Shown here in pieces: positions 19,744-29,441 of a stretch of DNA of 64,000 bases; position 1 is the stretch's first letter, and every line of letters begins with the position of its first letter. A program made the position numbers and the translations under genes. This DNA is from a virus (taxonomy: Duplodnaviria > Caudoviricetes), in the IMG/VR virus record IMGVR_UViG_3300047375_000738; one strand, given 5' to 3'. The notes below the pieces were generated by a model. That model was given only the letters and a program-made list of their open reading frames with translations, was not told the DNA's origin and made no database searches.

Positions 19744-20655
19744 ATGAAAATATTATTAACAGGATCAAGTGGATTTATAGGACAACATTTGTTGCCACGA
19801 CTACAAGCAATTGGAGAAGTACACGAATTAAAAACAGACTTAACACATCACACTGGTATTCAGCAAGAAGTAAAAGAAGTTAATCCAGATATTGTAGTTC
19901 ATTTAGCAGCACGTACAGAAGTGCAAAAAAGTTTTTATGAACAAGTTAGTTTTAGTGAAGTAAACTATGTTGGTACAGTTAATCTTATTGAAGCATGTAG
20001 ACAACTTAACACTTTACCGTATTTTGTGTTTGCAAGTACAATGGAAGTTTATGGCTGGCAACCTATTTCGGACGAAGTAGAACAAACCGGAACTTATAAA
20101 GACAGCGTTGCTTTTGACGAATATACTCAGCCAAATCCAAATGCTCCTTATGCTGTTGCTAAGTATGGATGTGAAAAGTACTTAGAGTATGCTGGCAGAG
20201 CATACGGTCTTCCGTGGGCAAGTTTTAGACAAACTAATAGTTACGGACGTAAAGACAACGACTTTTTTATTACAGAACAGATTATTGCACAGATGTTAAA
20301 AGGAGATACTTGTAATCTAGGCTATGCAGAGCCATATAGAAACTTTATTTACATCAGTGACTTGCTAGATGCGTGGATGGCTGTAATTGAAAATAGAGAT
20401 GCATGTAAAGGCAACTTCTATACTATTGGACCAGACGACCCACGTAAGATTAAAGATTGTGCTCATTATATCCAACAGCAATTAGGGTGGAATGGAACTA
20501 TCAACTGGGATACAAAAGATCCACGACATGGCGAAATTTGGTGGCTTAATAGTAATCACAACTTGCTTACAAGTAAGACTGGGTGGAAGCCTAAAGTGTC
20601 GTACGAAGAAGGTGTCGATAGGACAATTAGCCATTGGAAAACAATCATTACCTAA
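19744..20655 (+). CDS. NAD-dependent NDP-sugar epimerase/dehydratase (extended SDR)
   Basis: LTGSSGFIG, HLAA, ASTMEVYG, YAVAK (YxxxK), NFIYISD. Start at ATG 19744 with SD. Confidence 0.9.
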   Translation: MKILLTGSSGFIGQHLLPRLQAIGEVHELKTDLTHHTGIQQEVKEVNPDIVVHLAARTEVQKSFYEQVSFSEVNYVGTVNLIEACRQLNTLPYFVFASTMEVYGWQPISDEVEQTGTYKDSVAFDEYTQPNPNAPYAVAKYGCEKYLEYAGRAYGLPWASFRQTNSYGRKDNDFFITEQIIAQMLKGDTCNLGYAEPYRNFIYISDLLDAWMAVIENRDACKGNFYTIGPDDPRKIKDCAHYIQQQLGWNGTINWDTKDPRHGEIWWLNSNHNLLTSKTGWKPKVSYEEGVDRTISHWKTIIT

Positions 20656-21572
20656 CTGATCCACAAGGTCTTTTTAAGTTACCGCAAACCTTACAAAATG
20701 ATTCTAACACAACAATAGTTGTGGATGATACTTCTGAAGGGTCTCTTTATACATATTTTGAAAAGATTCACAAATTAAAATACCGCAATAAAATAATATA
20801 TAAATCAGCTAACTTGAACGGTGCAGAAATTTATCAGCAGTGGTGTAAACAAAATGATTGTATAGCTAAAATGCAAATAGTCTATAAAAATTCTCATTTC
20901 GAATCTATAAGGTCTTTTTATAAAAACAACGATATATATTTACATCGTGATTACAAAAGTAAATGGTTTTGCAATCTTAATAACAGACAGCACGAACATA
21001 GATGCGAGGCTTTAGCGTATCTCCATAATTTGAATCTAATTGATAAAGGAATTGTTAGTTTTAGAAGTTTAAAAAAAGACACACATACTAATTTTGTACA
21101 AAGGTGTAAAAATAGTCCTTTATCAAAAGAAAATCTGCAAGATACAGAAAAATTATTACCTTTGCATGTAGACCATGTAGAATCAACTAACCCAATAGAT
21201 TATAGTAAACCTAATGACTTTAATCCAAAAATTTATTCAGCTTTGATTAATTTAACAAGTGAAACGTTTTATAATGAACCGGGATTATTTTTAAGTGAAA
21301 AAACATGGAAGCCTATACTTGCAGGACAGATGTTTATAATTATTGGACAAAAGTACACTTTGAAAAGATTAAGAGATATTGGCTTTGAAACATTTGGGAA
21401 TATATTTGACGAGTCTTATGATACTATGGACAATGACAAAAGAATGTATGCAGCAATAGATCAATTGGATATATTATTAAAAAAGTACACACTAAAACAA
21501 TTAAATAAACTTACTCGCAAAATACGTAAGCATAATTTTGAATTAGCTATGGATTTAGTACAAGATGTATAG
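20634..21572 (+). CDS. Glycosyltransferase-like protein (GT10-like SEKT family)
   Basis: CNLNNRQHEHR, TSET..LSEKTWKP..GFETF..FDESYD. TTG start. Confidence 0.5.
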   Translation: MENNHYLTDPQGLFKLPQTLQNDSNTTIVVDDTSEGSLYTYFEKIHKLKYRNKIIYKSANLNGAEIYQQWCKQNDCIAKMQIVYKNSHFESIRSFYKNNDIYLHRDYKSKWFCNLNNRQHEHRCEALAYLHNLNLIDKGIVSFRSLKKDTHTNFVQRCKNSPLSKENLQDTEKLLPLHVDHVESTNPIDYSKPNDFNPKIYSALINLTSETFYNEPGLFLSEKTWKPILAGQMFIIIGQKYTLKRLRDIGFETFGNIFDESYDTMDNDKRMYAAIDQLDILLKKYTLKQLNKLTRKIRKHNFELAMDLVQDV

Positions 21573-22641
21573 TGATAAGAAACACAATAGATGTACTGAT
21601 CCTTTTGGATTACCTTACCTAGCTTACGAAAATTGGAACGGCGACGGAGAATATTATTTTATACGTTATTTTCGCGAGCGTGATAAATTTGAGTATATAG
21701 AAGAATTACAAAGACCTAATGTATTTTTAATACTGCATGATTTACTAGAAGGATATGCATATAGACGCTTTCCAAAAATTGACAGATTTGTTTGTGAAAA
21801 TAATTTGCAACACAAAGTTATATTTGCAACATCTTTATATAATGCAGAAAACGAATATGCAAAATGGACAGATAATCCAAACTTCAGAACTGTTTACTAT
21901 CCTGAGTGGTATCATAGAGTGTATGATAATTTAATAGATTATAATTTGCATAAAATAAAATATGACAGAGCAAATTATTTTTGTTGTTTGAACAACCGTC
22001 CGCACCCGCATCGTTTACAAACTGTAACATATATGGATTATTTAGGATTATTGGACAGAGGCACTGTTACTTGTTTAGACAAGCAATACGAAACATATGA
22101 AGAAGTGCCTACTATGTATGATAGTATTGTAATGAGCTACAAAAACTTTACAGAAGAAACATTTGATATTATAAATGAACAAAAAGAAATTACCAAACAC
22201 AAGTTGCCGTTGAATTTTGATACAGAAGATTTTTCAAGAGGCTCACGTCCACACGATTATAACAGATTAGTATATCAAGATAGTTTAATTAATGTAGTAA
22301 CAGAAACACATTACGAACCCCATTGGAATGTTCATGAACATATTTTCCTTAGCGAAAAAACTTGGAAGCCTATTGTATGTAAACAAGCATTTATTATTAT
22401 TGGACCAAAGCACACGCTTAAATATCTTAAAGAGTTAGGATTTAAAACATTTGATCATTTATGGGATGAAAGTTATGATGAAGCTGACCAAGAAAAAAGA
22501 CTTTACAAAGCAGTAAATTCGTTGTATAATACTATTAGTAACTACAGTCTTGAAGAATTGCAACGGGCTACACTTGATATACGTAAGCATAATTACAAGC
22601 ATTTTAAAAGCATCAAAGAAAGTATGATTAAAACATGTTAG
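21565..22641 (+). CDS. Glycosyltransferase-like protein (GT10-like SEKT family)
   Basis: CLNNRPHPHR, VTET..LSEKTWKP..GFKTFDHLWDESYD. Confidence 0.5.
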   Translation: MYSDKKHNRCTDPFGLPYLAYENWNGDGEYYFIRYFRERDKFEYIEELQRPNVFLILHDLLEGYAYRRFPKIDRFVCENNLQHKVIFATSLYNAENEYAKWTDNPNFRTVYYPEWYHRVYDNLIDYNLHKIKYDRANYFCCLNNRPHPHRLQTVTYMDYLGLLDRGTVTCLDKQYETYEEVPTMYDSIVMSYKNFTEETFDIINEQKEITKHKLPLNFDTEDFSRGSRPHDYNRLVYQDSLINVVTETHYEPHWNVHEHIFLSEKTWKPIVCKQAFIIIGPKHTLKYLKELGFKTFDHLWDESYDEADQEKRLYKAVNSLYNTISNYSLEELQRATLDIRKHNYKHFKSIKESMIKTC

Positions 22642-23237
22642 TAGATTTAGATGATGTAGCATTTTGGATGGACGCAGTACGTAACAGTGAAAATCACTAT
22701 GGCGTATTAGAAAGTTTCTGGAAAGGTCAACTAAAAAGTAAAGTATGGCTTGTAGAGCACCTGTATAATTCACACTGGCGTCAACAGAACATTGTAATTT
22801 TTGGTGGCTGGAACGGGGTATTATCTAGTTTATTATTTAATAGCAAACTACAAATAAATGACATACGTAGTATTGATATAGATTCAACTTGCGAAGAAGT
22901 TGCTAACATGATTTGCAAGAGACAAGAAATTGAAGGCAAATTTAATGCTGTCACTTGTGATATGTGTACATACGAATATGAATATGCACCAGACTTAGTA
23001 ATTAATACTAGTACCGAACATATTACACAAGAGCAATATGATACTTGGTTAGATCGTGTGCCTGTAGGAACTGCTATTGCAATACAAAATAATAATTATG
23101 TTGATATACCAGACCATATACGTTGTTATAATACTCTCGAAGAGTTTGAAAAAACTTGCGGACTAAGTAAAGTATATACTAGAGACACATTAGAGCTTCC
23201 CTTGTATAATAGATTTTTGTTAATAGGACGTAAATGA
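22635..23237 (+). CDS. Class I SAM-dependent methyltransferase-like protein
   Basis: Motif I VIFGGWNG, acidic SIDID, INTSTEH. Paralog of the C-terminus of 42233..43198. Confidence 0.6.
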   Translation: MLVDLDDVAFWMDAVRNSENHYGVLESFWKGQLKSKVWLVEHLYNSHWRQQNIVIFGGWNGVLSSLLFNSKLQINDIRSIDIDSTCEEVANMICKRQEIEGKFNAVTCDMCTYEYEYAPDLVINTSTEHITQEQYDTWLDRVPVGTAIAIQNNNYVDIPDHIRCYNTLEEFEKTCGLSKVYTRDTLELPLYNRFLLIGRK

Positions 23238-24613
23238 CAGATTTTGTAAATCTATTTAAACAGCAGCTTGCTGAACAAGCTACTCCGACGTTTTGTGCAT
23301 TGCCTTGGATACACTTGGCAACAAGGCCCAACGGCGATATGCGATTGTGTTGTAGTGCTAATGCTAGTGGTGCTGGCACTGATCATACTGTTGGTATTGT
23401 AAAAACAGATGCAGGGCAGCATTTAAACTTTGCAAAAAGTTCTCCTATGGAAGCCTGGAATAGTGAGTATATGCGTGGTGTAAGACGCACTATGATGGAT
23501 GGTAAAATACCTGCTAGTTGTACAAAGTGTTTTGAAGAAGAATCAAAGGGTGTTGTAAGTAAACGTGTATGGGAAACAGGAACATGGATGGAACGTGGAC
23601 TTGATGTTCCTCAATTACTCAACGATACTAAAGAAGATGGTAGATACAAAAACGAATTACAATATTTAGACTTGCGTTTAGGACACACTTGCAATATTAA
23701 GTGTGTTATGTGTAGCCCGCATGATAGCAGCAAGTGGGTAAAAGATTGGAAAGTATTAGAACCTCAGCTTGAAGATCCTGAAGTAAAGCGTCAAATGCAA
23801 TGGGACAAAGCAGAGTTTAATAATAAATGGCACGAAGAAGAAATATTCTGGCACGACTTGTATAAACAAATACCTAACTTACGTGAAGTGTATTTTGCTG
23901 GCGGCGAGCCATTAATGATTAAAGAGCACAAAAAGTTTATAGAAGAAATTATACGACAAGGATATAATACACGCATACGTTTACGCTACAACACCAACGG
24001 CATCTTAGTTGATGAAGAACTAATTGATCTATGGAAACACTTTGAACTTGTTAAAGTAGGAGTGAGTATGGATGCAGCTGGGCCACGCAACAATTATATA
24101 CGGTTTCCTACAGATTGGAATACTGTTGAAACTAATTTACACATGCTAGACAATACACCTGATAATATACGTCCTAGCATTGCTACTGCAATACAAATAT
24201 TTAATATCAAGCATCTTCCTGATTTTATACATTGGAAACTATCACAAAATTTCCGTAAAGTAAACACAGAAGAAATAAAAGGAATTAAAGCCGGAGGCGG
24301 CTTAATTAATATGCACTTGTTGTATATTCCAACATTTATGAGCATACAAATATTGCCCAAAGAAGATAAGCAACAAATACGAGAAACATTTTATAATTTT
24401 AAAGAGTACTTGTACGATCATTACACTAAAGATCCGGTGTTCTGGGAACAAAATCCTTATGGATGGCGCCGCTGGGAAGCTATACTTAATCACATGGATG
24501 CACAGGACAACAGTCACTTATTACCAGGGTTTAAAGAGTATGTAAACAAACTTGATACAATTAGGGGAGTAAACGCCAAGGATGTATTTCCTGAACTAAA
24601 ACATTTGTTATGA
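23234..24613 (+). CDS. Radical SAM protein with N-terminal twitch domain
   Basis: FCALPW..LCC..CTKC, CNIKCVMC, AGGEP, D..R..FPEL. Confidence 0.9.
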   Translation: MTDFVNLFKQQLAEQATPTFCALPWIHLATRPNGDMRLCCSANASGAGTDHTVGIVKTDAGQHLNFAKSSPMEAWNSEYMRGVRRTMMDGKIPASCTKCFEEESKGVVSKRVWETGTWMERGLDVPQLLNDTKEDGRYKNELQYLDLRLGHTCNIKCVMCSPHDSSKWVKDWKVLEPQLEDPEVKRQMQWDKAEFNNKWHEEEIFWHDLYKQIPNLREVYFAGGEPLMIKEHKKFIEEIIRQGYNTRIRLRYNTNGILVDEELIDLWKHFELVKVGVSMDAAGPRNNYIRFPTDWNTVETNLHMLDNTPDNIRPSIATAIQIFNIKHLPDFIHWKLSQNFRKVNTEEIKGIKAGGGLINMHLLYIPTFMSIQILPKEDKQQIRETFYNFKEYLYDHYTKDPVFWEQNPYGWRRWEAILNHMDAQDNSHLLPGFKEYVNKLDTIRGVNAKDVFPELKHLL

Positions 24614-25527
24614 TAAGCAGTATAAAAAATCTAGACACAGACTTTACATTAGAATTAGAACTAGGCAATGTTTGCAACTTTAAGTGTAGCTATTGTTTCC
24701 CTGGTGCTAACGCCGGTGATAGATTGTGGCCAGATTCTGACAAGTTGTCATCAGCATTACTGAGATATTTACGATCTCATAATAGACGTATACGACTGTA
24801 TCTAGTTGGCGGTGAAACTACTTTATGGAAAGACTTGCCAAAGTTTTGCAGAACACTTAAAGACGAGTTAGATATAATAATTACAGTAAGCACAAATGCA
24901 AGCAAAAGCATACGCTGGTGGAAAGAAAATTATAATATTTTTGATGCAGTTCATATTAGTTTACATCCTGAAGAAAGTAATGTTGAACATACAGTTGAAG
25001 TTGCAGATTTGTTATATAGAAAAGATATCGAAACAAACATAGATGTGTTAATGGATGCAAATAATTTTGAGAAGTCAAAGAAATTAGTTGAACGTTCAAA
25101 AGATAGTTTAAACAAATTTCCAGTTATTGCAAAAACTGTTATTATTGATGGCACACATCAGTATAATAAAGAACAACTAGAGTACTTGGAACAGCCTATA
25201 AAGCGTATACCTGACATGGAATGGTATAACCGTGTAAAGAAAAAAGCAACAACACAAGTTCTCGTTGATGGCGCAACTCTAGTTCATAATGGCAACTATT
25301 TTGTAAATAATAATCTTAATCAATTCGAAGGATGGATATGTCATTTAGGAGTTGATATTGCAAAAATAGATCATGCAGGATATGTAAGGGGAAATTGCGG
25401 ACATGAGATTGGACAAAACATCTACAGAGATCACACATTTAAAATTGCGCCTGTAATCTGTGATCAAATGGTTTGTAACTGCACTGGCGAAATGTGTACT
25501 ACGAAATGGAAAATAGATGAATTTTGA
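24610..25527 (+). CDS. Radical SAM protein, C-terminal SPASM/twitch-like
   Basis: CNFKCSYC, VGGET, GWIC..NC..ICDQMVCNC. Confidence 0.88.
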   Translation: MISSIKNLDTDFTLELELGNVCNFKCSYCFPGANAGDRLWPDSDKLSSALLRYLRSHNRRIRLYLVGGETTLWKDLPKFCRTLKDELDIIITVSTNASKSIRWWKENYNIFDAVHISLHPEESNVEHTVEVADLLYRKDIETNIDVLMDANNFEKSKKLVERSKDSLNKFPVIAKTVIIDGTHQYNKEQLEYLEQPIKRIPDMEWYNRVKKKATTQVLVDGATLVHNGNYFVNNNLNQFEGWICHLGVDIAKIDHAGYVRGNCGHEIGQNIYRDHTFKIAPVICDQMVCNCTGEMCTTKWKIDEF

Positions 25528-26551
25528 AACCTTGTATCCAGCAGAACAGCAACCTATGCAAATTGCATGGGAAAGTACATTAAAGTGTAACTTGGATTGC
25601 GGCTATTGTGGCGATGGGCATGATAATAGAACAGAGCATCCTTTAAAGTCTGAATGTTTAGATACTGTTGATTTTATATTTGAATACGTTAAGCGTAAAA
25701 ATATAAAACAAGCAAGTTTAAACATTCAAGGTGGCGAAAGTTTATTTCATCCTAATATATTAGACATTCTAAAATACATCAAGAATAAAAAAGAACAACA
25801 CCAGTTTTATATGGGTATAGCATTTATTACTAATGCTGTTGTTGGACGTAGGCAATGGGCTCGTGCTAGTGAATATGTTGATTTCTATACTATAAGCTAT
25901 CATGCCGAAGCAACAACTAAACAAAAAAATTTAGTTAGACAAAATATATTGTATTGTAAAGAAAAAGATAAAAACTTTCATGTAAGTATTATGATGCATC
26001 CAAAGTTATGGGACGATTGCATCAATATGGTTGATTGGTGTAAACAACACAATATAAAATACAATTGTAGGCAAATTGACCATCATTGGTTAGACATGCG
26101 GTGGAATTATAATGCAGAACAGAGTGAATATCTAATTGGCAGAAAGATAACAAACAAAGATAAACTTGCACACTTACTAGTAAAAGGGTTAAACATGAGT
26201 GCAACTGGGCGTAGCTGTTGTAGCAAACGTGATTTGTGTGCAGGCAGTTGTACTACTAATTTTGTCCAAAATAAATTTAAAGGATGGACTTGTAGTGTTG
26301 CTGACAACTTTCTTTATATAAGACAAACAACTGGCGAAGTGTTTACCAACAAAGATTGCAGAATGAACTACGAAGGCAATATTGGCCCAATAGGATATCT
26401 AAATGATGTAGACAGTATATACAACAGTATGCACAGTGATGGAATAGTCTGCAAAAAAAGTAGTTGCTGGTGCGGTATATGTGCGCCTAAAGCAAAAACT
26501 CGAGAACGGTTTAATGCCATGATGGCAGATCTAAATTCTCAAAATCAGTAA
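25517..26551 (+). CDS. Radical SAM protein, C-terminal SPASM/twitch-like
   Basis: CNLDCGYC, QGGES, CCSK..C..C, GWTC..C..CKKSSCWCGIC. Confidence 0.88.
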   Translation: MNFETLYPAEQQPMQIAWESTLKCNLDCGYCGDGHDNRTEHPLKSECLDTVDFIFEYVKRKNIKQASLNIQGGESLFHPNILDILKYIKNKKEQHQFYMGIAFITNAVVGRRQWARASEYVDFYTISYHAEATTKQKNLVRQNILYCKEKDKNFHVSIMMHPKLWDDCINMVDWCKQHNIKYNCRQIDHHWLDMRWNYNAEQSEYLIGRKITNKDKLAHLLVKGLNMSATGRSCCSKRDLCAGSCTTNFVQNKFKGWTCSVADNFLYIRQTTGEVFTNKDCRMNYEGNIGPIGYLNDVDSIYNSMHSDGIVCKKSSCWCGICAPKAKTRERFNAMMADLNSQNQ

Positions 26552-27659
26552 GTTGTAGATCTTTAACTAATCCTGTTTCTGCTCTCCAAGACTGTATTCC
26601 TTCAGCAGCACGTTGATCAAATATTATAGTAGCATCGCCTAGCTCTTGTTGTAATAGTGCAATCAGTTTATTTTCTTGCTGTACTCTATACTGTAAACTG
26701 TACATCATAGCAGTGCCCTCGTAACAGAATATGTTACTCATGTCAATTACTGTACCTTGCGGATCGTGTTTTGACAACCATTTAACAAAACTTTCTGGAT
26801 CGTTTATAGGATCGCAATGAAAGCCTCCGCCAACACTATCTAATGCTGTTTGATTATAATCGTAATACTTTACAAGTGCTGTTGGACTACGTAATTTAGC
26901 AGCATGTTTATTAGCAGGTGTTACTAATTCGTATACAGGTGTGTTATATGGACGTGGATAACTATTAGCCTTGCCCGTTGCAGTATCGTGTACATGTGTG
27001 GTTAAACAATAATTGTATTTCTGGTATACATAACTAGTTGTTTCGCCTTTTGTATATAGATAAAATTTATTTTCACGTACTTCAGCACTATAAGTTTCAA
27101 TATGTTTGTGTTTGTTAAGAAACGCACTAACAAGATTCCATCCTGGCAGTTTGTGTTTATATTTTCCTTCAATCTTTCCAGGTGAGACCCAAGTTGGTAG
27201 ATAGTCATCGTGTACATTATTGTACGAACGCATCGGATTTTTTTGTACATGACTTGAGAACGGTTCTTCGTTACCAAACTTTGGAGAACCTAAGTCGATA
27301 TAAGTTGTTAAGTTAATACTAAAACATTGCGGATGAATTCCGTAATACGCATCGCCACCATCAAGCATGTGTGCAATTAATTCATATTGCTTAGGATGAT
27401 TTTCAAAAAATGCATTGCCATTTATAAATTCTGTGCCTGCACTTATCACAATAGCATAATCGTATATAGCACTTACACGTTGCAATAGTTTATCTATGCT
27501 TGTATCTTCAAAAACATCATAACCTATTCCAGTAAGATTGCTTATAGTGTAATCTGCACGATTGATTACAATTTGCTTGTCTACTGAATAGTTTTTAACA
27601 TCGTTTACAATACATACGCATGTTTTTGATGCACTAAACTTGGCTTTGTATTTTTGCAT
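26511..27659 (-). CDS. Conserved unknown enzyme-like protein, paralog of 50346..51668
   Basis: YYGIHPQCF, HDDYLPTWVSPG, YYDYN, MSNIFCY. Start reassigned to ATG 27659. Confidence 0.65.
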   Translation of the reverse strand: MQKYKAKFSASKTCVCIVNDVKNYSVDKQIVINRADYTISNLTGIGYDVFEDTSIDKLLQRVSAIYDYAIVISAGTEFINGNAFFENHPKQYELIAHMLDGGDAYYGIHPQCFSINLTTYIDLGSPKFGNEEPFSSHVQKNPMRSYNNVHDDYLPTWVSPGKIEGKYKHKLPGWNLVSAFLNKHKHIETYSAEVRENKFYLYTKGETTSYVYQKYNYCLTTHVHDTATGKANSYPRPYNTPVYELVTPANKHAAKLRSPTALVKYYDYNQTALDSVGGGFHCDPINDPESFVKWLSKHDPQGTVIDMSNIFCYEGTAMMYSLQYRVQQENKLIALLQQELGDATIIFDQRAAEGIQSWRAETGLVKDLQLTDFENLDLPSWH

Positions 27660-28374
27660 GTTGTTTCTCGTAGCTATTAACAATAAGTTCGCAGAATTCT
27701 TTTCTTTTATTTCCAAGGTAGCAATGTGCTATCAAATGAATTCTATCCTTGCTGCTATTGTTTATTACACTATGGTCATTAAAAATATTAACCATAAATG
27801 CACTATGTGATTTAAATGGAACACACCCGTTATCTTTTATAGTCATATGACAATCGTTAGGATGATCAATAGCAATGTTAACCGGCAGTGGATAATCAAA
27901 TAAATTATCAATGTTTATCATCGGACTGTAATCGTTATGAGGAGAAATCCATCCACCTGCTGCTAGTTTCATAAAACGTATTCTAGCATATCTTTCTGCA
28001 GGAAACGTATTATTAAAAAAAGATTGTATGTTTTTAGTTTTGTTTCCTAGTTCTGTCCATTGATAGTCTGGCTCTGATTCATAACCGTAAGTTTGCCAAA
28101 CATTTGTTTTATCAGTATCGATGCCATGTAACGCACAACTACTCCAACCATAATGAGAGCCTTCTCCTGAAAAAATATCTCTATGTGCAACATAATAGTC
28201 ATCTGCATATGCACTTTCAGACAACCAATCTGGCATAGTAAAGTCAAACTCAACCCAATGATAGCCGTGTCCTGAGAATATCCATTTTACTTTGTCTTCT
28301 AAACTATAATCCGGCAAAGGCTTTGGGGTAATTTTAACGTCTTTGTAAGCGTTATAAAATTCTATCTGATCCAT
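27634..28374 (-). CDS. 2OG-Fe(II) oxygenase, aspartyl/asparaginyl beta-hydroxylase-like
   Basis: RIRFMKLAAGGWISPHND (HxD), HSVINNSSKDRIHL (distal His, Arg). Confidence 0.8.
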   Translation of the reverse strand: MDQIEFYNAYKDVKITPKPLPDYSLEDKVKWIFSGHGYHWVEFDFTMPDWLSESAYADDYYVAHRDIFSGEGSHYGWSSCALHGIDTDKTNVWQTYGYESEPDYQWTELGNKTKNIQSFFNNTFPAERYARIRFMKLAAGGWISPHNDYSPMINIDNLFDYPLPVNIAIDHPNDCHMTIKDNGCVPFKSHSAFMVNIFNDHSVINNSSKDRIHLIAHCYLGNKRKEFCELIVNSYEKQHAKIQSQV

Positions 28375-28378
28375 ATAG

Positions 28379-28386
28379 TATTTATA
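28379..28386 (-). promoter_or_regulatory. TATAAATA box 4 nt before ATG
   Basis: TATAAATA-CTAT-ATG(28374). Confidence 0.6.
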
Positions 28387-28400
28387 TCATTAACTGCGCA

Positions 28401-28408
28401 TATAAATA
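28401..28408 (+). promoter_or_regulatory. TATAAATA box 4 nt before GTG
   Basis: TATAAATA-GAAA-GTG(28413), back-to-back with the 28379-28386 box. Confidence 0.6.
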
Positions 28409-28412
28409 GAAA

Positions 28413-29441
28413 GTGTTTAGTATTAATCAATTACAAAGTATTCATGTTGAAATAAGCAATCGATGTCAAGCAAAATGTCCTATGTGTAGTAGGAATCATC
28501 ATGGTGGAATATCAAATCCGTTGCTTAAAGAATCAGACTGGACTATACAGCAATTTAAAAACATATTTACACCTGCAATAAAACGACAAATTAAAAAAAT
28601 TACGTTCTGTGGCAATTTTGGTGATCCGTTACTAAACTTTCATTTTGTAAAAATGTTAGACTACATAAAGGATGATAATATCTATGTAGATATACACACA
28701 AACGGTAGTTTACGATCTACACAATTTTGGAAAGATTTACCAAAGCATTTACCATTTGAACACAAGGTTGTGTTTGCTATAGATGGATTAGCCGACACTC
28801 ATAGTAGATATCGTGTTGGTACTGATTATAAAAAAATTATGAATAATGCAAGAGCATTTATTAATGCTGGCGGCACAGCAGAATGGAGTATGATACGTTT
28901 TGCACATAATGCACATCAAGTTGATGCTGCAAAAGAAGTTAGCAAGTATTATAAATTTAAATACTTTACTGTAAAAGACAGCAGCAGATTTGCATTGGAA
29001 AATACGTTTGATGTTTTAAATAGTTACGGACATATAGTCGATACTTTAGAACCACATATTCCAGAACAGAGTATTGATGTAGAACAAATACCTACTTTAG
29101 TAGATCAAAGCATTATAGATTGTTGGGCAAAAAAACAATTTGAAGTTTACATTGATGCACACTTAACACTTATGCCCTGCTGTTTTTTAGCAAGTATACC
29201 TTATAATTGGTATAATCGTAAAGACAAATTATACAATGCTAAAAAAACTGTGGAAGAACAATACAAAAATTTAATAGATGAATTAGGAGATACTAGTCTA
29301 CATAAAAATAGTATCGAGGATGTAATTTCAAAAACAAGCTATCAAACAGTTTGGACAAAATATTGGACTACGCAAAAATTATACACCTGTGCAAGGACTT
29401 GCGGCAATATAGTTAAAACCCCTCAGCAGCAATTTTCTTAA
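28413..29441 (+). CDS. Radical SAM protein with C-terminal twitch, paralog of 44117..45196
   Basis: CQAKCPMC, CGNFGDP, IDC..PCC..CARTC. Confidence 0.88.
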   Translation: MFSINQLQSIHVEISNRCQAKCPMCSRNHHGGISNPLLKESDWTIQQFKNIFTPAIKRQIKKITFCGNFGDPLLNFHFVKMLDYIKDDNIYVDIHTNGSLRSTQFWKDLPKHLPFEHKVVFAIDGLADTHSRYRVGTDYKKIMNNARAFINAGGTAEWSMIRFAHNAHQVDAAKEVSKYYKFKYFTVKDSSRFALENTFDVLNSYGHIVDTLEPHIPEQSIDVEQIPTLVDQSIIDCWAKKQFEVYIDAHLTLMPCCFLASIPYNWYNRKDKLYNAKKTVEEQYKNLIDELGDTSLHKNSIEDVISKTSYQTVWTKYWTTQKLYTCARTCGNIVKTPQQQFS

